Origin: Pirellulales bacterium | GTDB lineage: Bacteria; Planctomycetota; Planctomycetia; Pirellulales; UBA1268 | Length of the DNA: 33,310 nucleotides | NCBI GenBank assembly: GCA_044346795.1 | Contig: JBIIYN010000003.1 | Span: forward strand, 1 to 33,310 | Reading direction: 5' to 3' | Part shown: piece after piece, positions 18,560 to 28,329 of the stretch | Position numbering within the stretch: the stretch's first letter is position 1 | How the letters are laid out: each line of letters begins with the position of its first letter | Translations under genes and position numbers: made by a program | Notes under the pieces: model-generated | Told to the model about the DNA's origin: nothing | Databases searched by the model: none | The model's input: only the letters and a program-made list of their open reading frames with translations

Positions 18560-19543
18560 ATGCGGGCATGGTGCCTGCCGAAGCAGGGCACGATCGACAG
18601 CCTGTCGCTCGAGTCGATCGCCGCCACGCCACCGGGGCCGGGCGAGGTGGTGCTCGACCTCCGCTACGCGGCGCTGAATCCCGCCGACCGCTACCTCGCG
18701 GAAGGCCAGTATCCGGCAAAGCCGACGTTTCCCCACGTGCTCGGCCGCGACGGCATGGGCACGGTGGCGGTTGTCGGTGAGGGCGTGAGCGAGTGGCGGC
18801 CGGGTGACACGGCCCTGCTCCTGCGCGGCGAGGCGGGCGTCTCGCGGCCGGGCACGCTCGCGGAGCAGGTGACGGTGCCGGCCGCCTGCCTCGAACGCGT
18901 GCCGGAGGGCTGGACCGAACAGGAGGCCGCTGCCGCTCCGCTCGTTTCGCTCACGGCCTGGCAGGCGCTCAGCCAGTGGGGCGACCTGCCGCCCGGCGTC
19001 GTGCTCGTCAGCGGGGCTTCGGGCGGCGTGGGGGTGGCGACGGTGCAACTGGCGAAAGGGCTCGGGCACACGGTGATCGGCCTGTCGCGGAGCCGGGAGA
19101 AGGCGGCACGGCTCGTGGAGATCGGTGCGGCGGCCGTCCATGATCCGACCGAGCCCGAGTGGGGGAAGCAGGCCAAGGCCTTTCTCGCGCCGCGGCGGGT
19201 CGATCTCGTCGTCGACACGATCGGCGGGGCCTTGCTGCCGCAGTTGATCGACATGCTGGGCATGGGGGGCCGCGTGAGCCTGGTGGGCATGCTGGCCGGA
19301 CCGGTGCCGCAGTTCAACACCGCGAGCTGTTTCTTTCGCCGCATCCGGCTCGGCGGCGTGGCCGTGGGCACGTTTACGGTCGAGGAATCGCACACCGCGT
19401 GGCGGCAGGTCGTCGCGGTGCTCGAGGCCGGAGGCCAGCGGCCGCTCATCGATTCGGTCTGGCCGATGGAGCGGGTGCCCGAGGGATTCGCGCGGCTCGC
19501 CGCCGGCCCCATGGGCAAGGTGCTCATCGATCTACGCGGCTAG
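18560..19543 (+). CDS. MDR-superfamily NADPH:quinone oxidoreductase-like protein
   Basis: ALNPAD, P.VLGRDG.G.V, GTLAEQV, TAWQAL, nucleotide-binding motif VSGASGGVG, C-terminal GKVLI. AGGGAG RBS upstream. Confidence 0.88.
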   Translation: MRAWCLPKQGTIDSLSLESIAATPPGPGEVVLDLRYAALNPADRYLAEGQYPAKPTFPHVLGRDGMGTVAVVGEGVSEWRPGDTALLLRGEAGVSRPGTLAEQVTVPAACLERVPEGWTEQEAAAAPLVSLTAWQALSQWGDLPPGVVLVSGASGGVGVATVQLAKGLGHTVIGLSRSREKAARLVEIGAAAVHDPTEPEWGKQAKAFLAPRRVDLVVDTIGGALLPQLIDMLGMGGRVSLVGMLAGPVPQFNTASCFFRRIRLGGVAVGTFTVEESHTAWRQVVAVLEAGGQRPLIDSVWPMERVPEGFARLAAGPMGKVLIDLRG

Positions 19544-21131
19544 CTGCCGCGTGCCAGAGGCCGAAGATTCCGGCCAGGAGGGCGTAGGCCGCCGCGAGCG
19601 CGAGCGGGCCGCGGCCGGCGGCCTCGACCGGCAGACTGCCGAGCGCCCACGGCAAGAAGAGCCGGCCGTCGGCGAACGGCGAATGGATCACGCCGAAGAG
19701 CGTGCAGGCGGCGGCCGCCAGGCACCAGCCGGCGGCTGCCAGGAGCTTCCGATCGAGCAACGCCGCCACCATGCCGGCCCAGAGCAGGCTCGTGACGATG
19801 AAGCCCGAGGAGAGCAGCCGGATCGAGAACAGCTCCCGGGCCAGCGGGCCGGTCGGCACGGCCCCCGCGGCGACGAGCTTGTCGGCCTGGATCGTCACGA
19901 GCGCCGCCAGAGCGGGCACGCAGGCGATCGCCACCGCAGGGTAGTGTCGCTGCGGCGTCGCGTGAAAACTCTGGGCCGTGATCTCCAGGCCGATGAAGAC
20001 GAGGATCGGCAGGATCGCCGGGCCGGGAATGGCCTGGTAGAGATAGGCGAACGTGCCGGTGAGCCCGGCGATGCCGATGAAGATCGCCGTGGCGAGCGTG
20101 TAGGCCGCGCGGCCGCCCATCGCCTTGTAGGCCGGATGGCCGATGTAGGGCGTGGTCTGGATCACGCCGCCGCAGGCCCCCGCGACGATCGTCGCCACCC
20201 CCTCGACGCCGATGACGGCGCCGGTGTCGTATTCGTCGCCCGCCGCCGCGGCGCTCTCCGTGCAGTCGATGCCACCCACCACCGTGCCGAGCGCGAAGGG
20301 GATCACGATCGGCAGATATTTGACGGTGTCGCGCCAAGCCTCCAGCCACTCGAACCGCGCCGCCGCCAGCCACTCCGTCGGCCATAGGGCGGCCGCGGGA
20401 TCGATCGCGGCATGCGCCGTGTCGGTGGGGATCCAGCCGGCGGCCGTGCCGATGCCATGGATCAGGCCACCGACCAGCAGGGCGGCCAGGGCCCCCGGAA
20501 TCCGTCCCGGGAACGGCAGCCGCGCGGTCAACGCCGCCAGCACGATGCCGAGCGAGGCGAGGCCCACCAGCGGCGAGCCGAAGATCTCGACGAGCGGCAG
20601 AAAGGTGATCAGGGCCAACGCGATCGCCGTCAGGCTGCCCAACAGTCCGGCGCGGGGCACGAGCCGGCGGACCGCGGCCGCGACGAAGCTGCAGCACACC
20701 TTGAACACGCCGCTGGCGACGATCGCGCACATGCCGACGTGCCAGGCATGCCGGGCGGCCGCCTCCCGCTCCATGCCCCCGGCGAGAGAGGCGGCATAGG
20801 CCGGCCCCAACACAAAAAAGACCATGCCGAAGGTGCTCGGCGTGTCGAGCCCAAGCGGCATGGCGGTGATGTCGGTCCGGCCGGTCCGACGGGCCAGCCG
20901 GAAGGCCATCCAGGTGAAGATCAGGTCGCCGACCACCACCCCCACGGCCGTCCCGGGCACGAAGTGGGAGAGGGCGAACTGGACCGGGTAGTCGAAGACG
21001 GCCGCCAGCAGGGAGACGGCCAGCACCAGATCGGCCAGATTGTCGAGCGACAGGCCGAAAAAAGCGTTGATGTCGCCGACCGTGGCCCAGCGGTAGGCCG
21101 TTGCCCGGGGCTGGAGGGGCGGTTTTCCCAT
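19524..21131 (-). CDS. Polytopic permease, NCS2/AzgA-like nucleobase-transporter family
   Basis: Many hydrophobic segments plus GDINAFFGL..DN, TAMPLGLDTPS, VPRAGLLGSL, ESAAAAGDEY and TTPYIGHPAYKAMGGR. Start placed at ATG 21131 (MGKPPLQP). Substrate unknown. Confidence 0.78.
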   Translation of the reverse strand: MGKPPLQPRATAYRWATVGDINAFFGLSLDNLADLVLAVSLLAAVFDYPVQFALSHFVPGTAVGVVVGDLIFTWMAFRLARRTGRTDITAMPLGLDTPSTFGMVFFVLGPAYAASLAGGMEREAAARHAWHVGMCAIVASGVFKVCCSFVAAAVRRLVPRAGLLGSLTAIALALITFLPLVEIFGSPLVGLASLGIVLAALTARLPFPGRIPGALAALLVGGLIHGIGTAAGWIPTDTAHAAIDPAAALWPTEWLAAARFEWLEAWRDTVKYLPIVIPFALGTVVGGIDCTESAAAAGDEYDTGAVIGVEGVATIVAGACGGVIQTTPYIGHPAYKAMGGRAAYTLATAIFIGIAGLTGTFAYLYQAIPGPAILPILVFIGLEITAQSFHATPQRHYPAVAIACVPALAALVTIQADKLVAAGAVPTGPLARELFSIRLLSSGFIVTSLLWAGMVAALLDRKLLAAAGWCLAAAACTLFGVIHSPFADGRLFLPWALGSLPVEAAGRGPLALAAAYALLAGIFGLWHAAASRVDR

Positions 21132-21365
21132 GGGTACGTTCCGGCCGGAGGGCCTGCGACGGGGCGGCGAATGGCTGGGCCGGAATGTCGACGCAGCCGC
21201 TGGAAAAGTCAATTCCGGCCGGGATGGCGGCGGCCGTTTTTTCGCATCCGCACCGGGGCAAAGGCTATACTCGGGCCCGGGCGGTCTGCCTCCATGGGGG
21301 TCGCCGGGCAATCTGGGCGTGATTGACCCGCGTCGAACCCTCGCCGGCCGGCCTGCGTACCACCG

Positions 21366-22037
21366 ATGGATTTGCACGAGTCCGACTCCAGTTCAACGCA
21401 CGACCTCCGCTCCGGCGGCGGTTCGGCGGTCGAATCGTTGAATCACGGGTCCGGGCCGACCGATGAGGAACTGATCGGCCGGTTTCGTGCGGGTGACGAT
21501 GCGGCCGCGTTCGAGTCGCTCGTGCACCGCTACGAGCGTGAACTGTTCAGCTACCTCCGTCGCTACCTCGGCAGCGCCGAGATGGCGGAGGATGTCTTTC
21601 AGGCCACGTTCCTGCAGGTCCACCTGAAACGGGAGAATTTCGAGGACGGGCGACGATTTCGCCCCTGGCTCTACACGATCGCAACCAACCAGGCCATCGA
21701 TGCCCAGCGTCGCAATCGTCGCCACCGGATGGTGAGCCTCGATCATCGCACGGGCGGAGAGGACGACGTCGGGGCGCTCGTGGAGATGCTGGCGGGCCGC
21801 GACGTGACGGCCGACCGGAAGATGGAGGAGGAGGAGGCGAAGCACTGGGTGCGTGCGGCGGTCGAGGAACTCCCCGAACCGCTGAAGGCGGCCCTGATTC
21901 TCGTCTATCACCAGGGCATGAAATATCGGGAGGCGGCGGACGTGCTCGGCATTCCGGTGGGAACCGTGAAGAGCCGGCTGCACGCCGCCCTGCTCAAGCT
22001 CAACGAGTCGTGGCTGGCGAGCGGCCGCGAGCGGTGA
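21366..22037 (+). CDS. ECF-type RNA polymerase sigma-70 factor
   Basis: Region 2 (DEELI, AFESLV.RY, AEDVFQATFL, FRPWLYTIATN...D) and region 4 (LPE, GMKYREAADVLGIPVGTVKSRLH). Confidence 0.95.
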   Translation: MDLHESDSSSTHDLRSGGGSAVESLNHGSGPTDEELIGRFRAGDDAAAFESLVHRYERELFSYLRRYLGSAEMAEDVFQATFLQVHLKRENFEDGRRFRPWLYTIATNQAIDAQRRNRRHRMVSLDHRTGGEDDVGALVEMLAGRDVTADRKMEEEEAKHWVRAAVEELPEPLKAALILVYHQGMKYREAADVLGIPVGTVKSRLHAALLKLNESWLASGRER

Positions 22038-22119
22038 AAGATGACGACAAAACGATGAAAACGAACCTGACGCCCCACCGAAGGTTCGTCGTGAATCACG
22101 AATGATGTGAGTATTTCCC

Positions 22120-23100
22120 ATGCGAGAAGATCTTGTCGGCCACCTGCTGGGGGCCCTCGAACCTTCCGAGGCAAAACAGGTAGAAACGGCGCTCGTCGAC
22201 CCGCATCGCGGGCCGGCGCTGCGGCATGATCTCGAACGGCTGCGGCTGGCGCTCGAGCCGTTGGCCGGTGATCGCGAGCAGATGCCGGCGCCATCCGGCC
22301 TCGCGTCGCGCACGCTGCGTTTCATCACGGAGCAGGAGGCGGCCGCGCGGGCCGCCTCCCGGCAGCCGGCCCCGAGGCCACGCGGCTTCTCGGCGGAGGA
22401 TGCGCCGCTGCGGGGCCGCGGCAGCCGGGCGTGGGTCGATCGCGTCATCATGGCCGCGACGGCATTGGCCGCCTGCGTGCTCGTGGCGCCGCTGCTGCTC
22501 GACTCCATCGCCCAGGCGCGTGCCAGACGGGCCGAGCGGAATCTGATCAAGACCTCGGGCGCGCTGCAGGGCTACGCGGAAGCCCATCGCGTGTTTCCCA
22601 CGCCTCCCGGCTCCGGCCCGCTGTCTCGGGCGGGGCTCTATGCCCCCACGCTCGTCTCGGAGCATCGTCTGGTTGCCGATGACGGCACGCTCGTCTGCCC
22701 CGACACGGCGCTCTCCCGCAGCGGCACCTTCCGGGTGCCCACGCTCGAGGAACTCAAGGCGGCGGTCGGCACGCCGCAGTTCGAGGAGATGGTGCGGACG
22801 ATGGGGGGCGACTACGGCTACACGCTCGGCCATCGCGATCCATCGGGCAGCCTGCAGCCGAACCGGAACCGGCGGCGGGCCCATCATCCCATCATGGCCG
22901 ACGCACCGGAGCAGGGTGACCGCAGCGTCAACCATGCCGACGGCTATCACCACGTCCTCTTCGAGGACGGCCACGTGAAGCGGCTCGCCCCCGACGACCT
23001 GCACCGCGACGACCATCTCTTCAAAAACCACGACGGCAAGATCGCCGCCGGCATCGATGACGAGGACGCCGTCATCGGCGACTCCCACGACCAGCCGTAA
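22120..23100 (+). CDS. Putative membrane-anchored anti-sigma factor with a C-terminal DUF1559/H-X9-DG-like domain
   Basis: Lies directly after the ECF gene. It has an anti-sigma-like N-terminus (LVGHLLGALEPSE...VE..L), one TM (VIMAATALAACVLVAPLL), AQARARRAERNL, and C-terminal NHADGYHHVLFEDGHV. Confidence 0.62.
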   Translation: MREDLVGHLLGALEPSEAKQVETALVDPHRGPALRHDLERLRLALEPLAGDREQMPAPSGLASRTLRFITEQEAAARAASRQPAPRPRGFSAEDAPLRGRGSRAWVDRVIMAATALAACVLVAPLLLDSIAQARARRAERNLIKTSGALQGYAEAHRVFPTPPGSGPLSRAGLYAPTLVSEHRLVADDGTLVCPDTALSRSGTFRVPTLEELKAAVGTPQFEEMVRTMGGDYGYTLGHRDPSGSLQPNRNRRRAHHPIMADAPEQGDRSVNHADGYHHVLFEDGHVKRLAPDDLHRDDHLFKNHDGKIAAGIDDEDAVIGDSHDQP

Positions 23101-23148
23101 CCTGATGCGGGCCGGTCTTTTTCAGCAGAACCGGCGTGAACGCGGTTG

Positions 23149-24609
23149 TCAGCGGGCCATGTGGCGCCGGTAGTCGTCGTCCAGATCGGCGTAGCTCCTG
23201 CGGCAGAGCCGGGAGAGCGTGTCGGCATCGACCGTGCCGGTGTAGATCCGAGAGAGGTATTCGAGGAAGGCCTCGCGGTACCGTGCCTCCCGGCCGTTCA
23301 TGAAGAAGTCGGCGAGCCCGGAGATCTCGCTGTAGATCTGCGGCAGCCGCTCGTCGGCCTGGAAATCGCGCCGGCCGAGCGCCGTGAGCTCGGCCAGCGG
23401 CACGTGGAAACCGTCGTCGATCAGCCGCTCGCGTGCCACGGCCGCGCGGCCCGCGTCGCGTCCGCCCACCGTCCAGCCCCACGGCTGCGGCTCGAGACTC
23501 TCCATGTAGCAGGCGGCCGCCTCGATCGCCCAGAAGCCGCACCGCTCGCCGGCGAGCGGGCTCGTGCGCCGCTTCTCGGCGAAGAGCTGGTGGGTGGCCT
23601 CGTGGTGCACCGTCGTGGGTTCCTGCCCCTCGGCCTCGAAGAACCAGGCGGTGCGGGTGGGCGTCCAGTAGATGCCGAGCGTCCGTGCGATCGCGGGCTC
23701 GAGCGGCTCGAGCGCCGCGACATACTCCTGCCGGCTCGCCGCGAGCCTGGCCACGAACGGGTCGAGCGGCCGGGGTCGGCCACGGCCCTCGAACCGCCGC
23801 TCCCAGTCGTCCGGCTCGTACTGGAACGCGCCAAACACCTGCAGCCAGGCCCCGTGCGTCTCTTCGAGCCGCTGCGCCAGTTTTGCGGCCGCCTCCGCCC
23901 GGGCGGTCGTGGTGATCTGCCAATGGTCGGAGGCGTACGTGCGGCCCTGCCGGTCGCGGTCGGGGGGCTGTCGCGGCGGCCGGCCCCGGGGCTGCCAGCC
24001 GAACTCGCCGGAGGGCTCCTCCCCCTTGTCAAGCCGCCGCGCGACCTCGGGCCAGACCCATGCTCCCCGCCGCTTCACCCATCCCCCCGCCTCCCGCGCC
24101 CGCTCGTGGTCGGGATCGTCGCGGAGCACGCGATAGAGGAGACGAATGGCCGCGGCGGTTCCCTGCTCGAGGGCGGGCCGCTCCACGTCGCCCACGTCGC
24201 GGGCCGGAGCGTCACGCATCCGGCTGGTGGCCACGGCGAGGGCGAACGTCCCGGCGGCCCGCGTGCGCCGCGCCTGCAAGAAATCCTGCCAGATCGACAC
24301 CTCCGCCGGCGTGTCGATCCAATCCGGCGGTGCGGCGTCCGCGGCCCCCGGAATCGACAGGATGAACTGCCGGTCACCCTCGTCGGGCAATTGCCAGTCG
24401 CCGATCACCGACGCCAGCCGGTCGTGGCCGCCCGCCTCGCAGCGGCGGACGAGGCCTGCGGCCACATCCGTCCACTCGGCGTCGAGTTGGGCCGCGGTCT
24501 TCACGGCCGGGTCGTTCCCCGCCCGACCGGCCTGCGGCCGCGCGGCCGCGAGCGTCGCGGCGAGCACCACGACCAACTTGAAGGCCCGACGACGAAGCAG
24601 CGTGCGCAT
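23149..24609 (-). CDS. Secreted HExxH protein, DUF1570-like putative metallopeptidase
   Basis: Signal peptide (MRTLLRRRAFKLVVVLAATLAAA), TVHHEATHQL, and FWAIEAAACYME, which resembles the W..EG.A.Y.E third-ligand motif. Start placed at ATG 24609. Confidence 0.7.
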   Translation of the reverse strand: MRTLLRRRAFKLVVVLAATLAAARPQAGRAGNDPAVKTAAQLDAEWTDVAAGLVRRCEAGGHDRLASVIGDWQLPDEGDRQFILSIPGAADAAPPDWIDTPAEVSIWQDFLQARRTRAAGTFALAVATSRMRDAPARDVGDVERPALEQGTAAAIRLLYRVLRDDPDHERAREAGGWVKRRGAWVWPEVARRLDKGEEPSGEFGWQPRGRPPRQPPDRDRQGRTYASDHWQITTTARAEAAAKLAQRLEETHGAWLQVFGAFQYEPDDWERRFEGRGRPRPLDPFVARLAASRQEYVAALEPLEPAIARTLGIYWTPTRTAWFFEAEGQEPTTVHHEATHQLFAEKRRTSPLAGERCGFWAIEAAACYMESLEPQPWGWTVGGRDAGRAAVARERLIDDGFHVPLAELTALGRRDFQADERLPQIYSEISGLADFFMNGREARYREAFLEYLSRIYTGTVDADTLSRLCRRSYADLDDDYRRHMAR

Positions 24610-24662
24610 GGTTGCGATGCCTGGAGTTCGCTGGCTGCCAAGCCGCTGCACCGACGGGCTTT

Positions 24663-25664
24663 TCAGCTCTCCTCGGCGAAGGCCGAGTCGAACTGCCGCC
24701 GGCTCGGGGCGAAGTCGAGTTGCTGCACGAACTCGCAGGCCTCGGCGGCGCCGTGCTCGCGGTCCATGCCGCAATCCTCCCACTCCACCGAGAGCGGGCC
24801 TTCGTAGCCGATCTGGTTCAGGGCGCGGATGATCTCCTCGAAGTCCACGCCGCCGCGGCCCGGCGAGCGGAAGTCCCAGCCGCGGCGCGGGTCGCCGAAG
24901 TTGAGGTGGCTGCCGAGGATGCCGGTGCGACCGTTCAGGAGCGTGACCGCGTCCTTGATGTGGACGTGATAGATCCGATCGTGGAAGGTGCGGATGAATT
25001 CCACCGAATCGACGCCCTGCCAGTGGAGGTGGCTGGGGTCGAAGTTGAACCCGAACTCCTCGCGGCGGCCGATCGCCTCCAGGGCACGCTGCGCCGTGAT
25101 CGTGTCGAAGGCGATCTCGGTCGGATGCACCTCCAGCGCGAACCGCACGCCGCATTCCGCGAAGACGTCGAGGATCGGGTGCCACCGTTCGGCGAACTCC
25201 GCGAAGCCGGCGGCGAGCATCGACTCGGGCACCGGCGGGAACGAGTAGAGGAGGTGCCAGATGCTCGAACCGGTGAAGCCGTTGACCACCGACACGCCGA
25301 GCTTCTGCGCGGCGCGGGCCGTCCGCTTCATCTCCTCGGCGGCCCGCTTGTTGACGCCGGCGGGATCGCCGTCGCCCCAGACGTGCGGCGGCAGGATCGA
25401 CTTGTGCCGCTCGTCGATGCGGTCGCACACCGCCTGGCCCACGAGGTGGCTGGAGATCGCGTAGACGGAGAGGTCGTGGCGGGCGAGGGTGTCGCGCTTG
25501 GCGGCGCAGTAGCCGCTCTCCTCGAGGGCACGCGTGACGTCGAAATGGTCGCCCCAGCAGGCGAGCTCGAGGCCGCCGTAGCCGAACTCACGGGCCTTGC
25601 GGGCGAGGTCTTCCAAAGCCATGTCGGCCCACTGGCCGGTGAACAGGGTGACGGGTCGGGGCAT
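24663..25664 (-). CDS. Sugar phosphate isomerase/epimerase (xylose-isomerase-like TIM barrel)
   Basis: [53 protein letters not shown] and LSVEWED. AAGGAG RBS upstream. Confidence 0.9.
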   Translation of the reverse strand: MPRPVTLFTGQWADMALEDLARKAREFGYGGLELACWGDHFDVTRALEESGYCAAKRDTLARHDLSVYAISSHLVGQAVCDRIDERHKSILPPHVWGDGDPAGVNKRAAEEMKRTARAAQKLGVSVVNGFTGSSIWHLLYSFPPVPESMLAAGFAEFAERWHPILDVFAECGVRFALEVHPTEIAFDTITAQRALEAIGRREEFGFNFDPSHLHWQGVDSVEFIRTFHDRIYHVHIKDAVTLLNGRTGILGSHLNFGDPRRGWDFRSPGRGGVDFEEIIRALNQIGYEGPLSVEWEDCGMDREHGAAEACEFVQQLDFAPSRRQFDSAFAEES

Positions 25665-25779
25665 GAAAGGCTCCTTGTGAGATGGGGTTTGGGTTCTAAA
25701 GTCTGCCAGAAATCTTTCAGATGGAAAAGGAGCCGGAAGAGGACGAGCCGGGATCGGCGCGTCGCCGCAATCGCCGTCG

Positions 25780-26964
25780 TCACCGGCGGATCACGCTGCG
25801 CAGGAGCCACAGGCCCCAGAGCACGACCAGCACGTTGCCCATCCAGACGGCCGGCACGGGCAGCGCACCGGCTTTCACGCGATCGACGCCCAGCATGAGC
25901 ACCGGATAGTAGACGAGCAGGATCGGCATGAAGCAGAGGAAGAAGCTGGTGAGAAAGTCGGCGTTCCGCATCCGGATCGCCATCGGTGCGCCCACCAGCG
26001 CGAAGCAGAGGCAGCTGAAGCCGTTGGCCCAGCGCCGCCACGGCTCCATGATGATGCGCGTGAGCCGCGATCTGGCCCCGACGGCCTGCTGCCGGTCGGC
26101 CTCGACGGCGGCCGGCACCGTCTGCTCGAGGCGGCCGGTGACGATGCCCATCGCGATCTTGCCCGCGGCCACCTGCTCGAACTGGTCGATCTTGGCGGCC
26201 TGGTCGGTGCGGGCCTTGGAGAAATCGGCCATCGCGATCTCGGAGGGGCTCGTGGACCCGCTTCCCCGCCGGCTGACGGCGTCGAGCGGCACGACCCGCT
26301 CGATGGTGTCGGGGAACACGGCCTTCACTTCGCCCACGTGGAACGTGCCGTCGCGGCAGGTGACCGTGAGCGTGCCCGCGGCCGCGTCGGCCCGCAGCGA
26401 GGCTTCGGCGGCCGATACCGTCACCGGCGGGCCCGATCCGCCCGGCTGGAAGGAGAGCGTGGGGCGGATGAGCCGCCGGCCGTCGACCCCCTTGACGTTG
26501 ATGGAGAGCTGCGACGTGCTGTAGGAGCGTTGCTGGCGGAGGCGGCCGTAGATGATCTCCTCGACGCTGTCGACGACCACGCGGCGCATGCCGTCGCGGC
26601 CCCAGGACACGGCGACGTCGTTGAGCCACACCGACACGAGGCTGGCCACCACGGCGAGCATCGCCGCCGGCCAGATCACCGCCAGCGGCGTGATTCCCGC
26701 GGCCTTCAGCGCCGTGATCTCGTTGGACGCCGACATCCGGCCGAAGACGCTCGCCACGGCGAAGAGCATGGTGGCCGGCACGGCGTACCGCATCGCATCC
26801 GGCAGAATGTAGGGGATCAGGGGGAGGATCTGCATCAAGCCCAACCCCTCCTGCTGCGCCCTCTGGACGAGGAACACGAGAAGCATGAAGAGCGTGAGGG
26901 CGGAGAGCGTGACGAGAAACACCTGGAGCAGCTCGCTCAGCACGTAGCGGGTGATGATCTTCAT
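25780..26964 (-). CDS. LptF/LptG (YjgP/YjgQ)-family LPS-export permease
   Basis: MKIITRYVL, three N-terminal TMs, [17 protein letters not shown], a periplasmic domain, and three C-terminal TMs (FALVGAPMA...W.GN). Confidence 0.88.
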   Translation of the reverse strand: MKIITRYVLSELLQVFLVTLSALTLFMLLVFLVQRAQQEGLGLMQILPLIPYILPDAMRYAVPATMLFAVASVFGRMSASNEITALKAAGITPLAVIWPAAMLAVVASLVSVWLNDVAVSWGRDGMRRVVVDSVEEIIYGRLRQQRSYSTSQLSINVKGVDGRRLIRPTLSFQPGGSGPPVTVSAAEASLRADAAAGTLTVTCRDGTFHVGEVKAVFPDTIERVVPLDAVSRRGSGSTSPSEIAMADFSKARTDQAAKIDQFEQVAAGKIAMGIVTGRLEQTVPAAVEADRQQAVGARSRLTRIIMEPWRRWANGFSCLCFALVGAPMAIRMRNADFLTSFFLCFMPILLVYYPVLMLGVDRVKAGALPVPAVWMGNVLVVLWGLWLLRSVIRR

Positions 26965-26976
26965 GGCGACTCGGGC

Positions 26977-28329
26977 TCAGGCGGAGGGCCGCGGGGGCGT
27001 GCCGGCCGGCCCGCGGATCGTCTCGTCCGCCCGTGCGCTCTCGACGGCACGGGTGTGGACGGCGATGGCTTCGGCGGCGGTCGTGACCGCGTCGTGGAAG
27101 CTCCCCTCGGCGGCCAGTTGCCGGACGCGGGCCACGAGGGCCGACGTGCGGTCGCGGTCGGCCGCGGGCAGATGCGCGGTGGCGGTGTCGATGCTCGCCG
27201 CGATCCCTTCCAGCAGTTGGACGGTCGGGGTGCATGCGCAGCGGCGGTAGGGCCCCTTGCCGAGGAAGTCGCCGGCGGCGAGCATTCGACTCCGCGACGG
27301 CCGGGCGAGCAGCCCGCTGAATGCGAAGAGGAGGGCACCGATCGCCGCCAGCAGCAGGCCGAGGCTGCCGAAGAGACAGATCGCCGCCATCTCATCGGAA
27401 GATTCGCAGAGTCCCTCGACGAGTTTGCTTCTGGGATTGAAGACGAGCGCGGCGAGCAGGCAGGCGGCCCCGCTCGCCAGCGCGATCCAGGATCGTCTGG
27501 TCTGCCGCTGCGTCGAGGCGGCCTCCTCGCTGAGGGGCCAGGCATCCTCGTTGCGGGAAGTCCGCGTCGCCTCCTCCTCGCCCGCCCGTGCGACGACCAC
27601 GGTGACGTTGTCGGGAGCACCCCGCACGAGGGCCAGGCCGATCAGGGCGGCCACCGCATCCTGCGGCTCGAGTTCGGAGGCCAGCAGTCCGATCTCGTCG
27701 TCCATGACCTGTCCCGAGAGTCCGTCGCTGCAGAGCAGGAAGACGTCGCCCGCCGTCACGGCGAAGGGGCCCTCCAGGTCGACGTCCACGTGGGCATGCG
27801 GGCCCATGGACCGGGTGATGATGTTCTTGGGCGCCGCGTCGGCGGCCTGTTCACGCGACATGCCGCCGGCCGTCTCCAATTCCCAGACCAGCGAATGATC
27901 GCGCGACAGCTGTTCGATCGTGCGGCCCCGCACGCGGTAGCAGCGGCTGTCGCCGATGTGGCCGATGATCGCGCCGCGCGGGAGCAGCACGAGCGTCGTG
28001 CAGGTCGTGCCCATGCCCTTGAATTCGAAGCCGCTCTCACCCTTCGCGTTGATCTCCGCGTTGACCTGCTCGAGGCTCCGCCGCAGGGCGAGCGGCGGGG
28101 AGAACTCGCAGCGTTGCTCATAGATTTGCGGCACGCGTTCGGCGGCCATGGCGCTGGCCAGTTCGCCCGCGGCGTGGGCGCCCATGCCGTCGGCCACCAT
28201 GAACAGCCAGCCGCGCGTGCGGTGCTGCTGCGGGGTCGCCGGCAGCACGGCCTTGGCGTCCTGGTTGCTCGAGCGGCGGCGACCGATGTCGGTGCGGTCG
28301 CAATGGACCAGGCTCGTGACTTTTCCCAC
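26977..28329 (-). CDS. PP2C/PPM-family Ser/Thr protein phosphatase with two C-terminal TM helices
   Basis: TDIGRRR..NQD, VADGMG, MGTT, HIGDSR.Y, DHS, KNIITRSMG, LLCSDGL and PDNVT. Start chosen at GTG 28329 because a TAGAAT -10-like box (28376-28371) lies just upstream; ATG 28404 is the alternative. Confidence 0.9.
   Translation of the reverse strand: MGKVTSLVHCDRTDIGRRRSSNQDAKAVLPATPQQHRTRGWLFMVADGMGAHAAGELASAMAAERVPQIYEQRCEFSPPLALRRSLEQVNAEINAKGESGFEFKGMGTTCTTLVLLPRGAIIGHIGDSRCYRVRGRTIEQLSRDHSLVWELETAGGMSREQAADAAPKNIITRSMGPHAHVDVDLEGPFAVTAGDVFLLCSDGLSGQVMDDEIGLLASELEPQDAVAALIGLALVRGAPDNVTVVVARAGEEEATRTSRNEDAWPLSEEAASTQRQTRRSWIALASGAACLLAALVFNPRSKLVEGLCESSDEMAAICLFGSLGLLLAAIGALLFAFSGLLARPSRSRMLAAGDFLGKGPYRRCACTPTVQLLEGIAASIDTATAHLPAADRDRTSALVARVRQLAAEGSFHDAVTTAAEAIAVHTRAVESARADETIRGPAGTPPRPSA

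Noticed and set aside
21139-21222. TTCCGGCCGG repeated twice (21139-48, 21213-22) in the permease/ECF divergent spacer
   Set aside because: A GC-only palindromic core is frequent at this GC content, so it is too weak to call an operator.
23111-23135. GCCGGT...ACCGGC hairpin between convergent genes, as a bidirectional terminator
   Set aside because: The stem is short with the T-run inside the loop, and there is no flanking U-tract on either strand.
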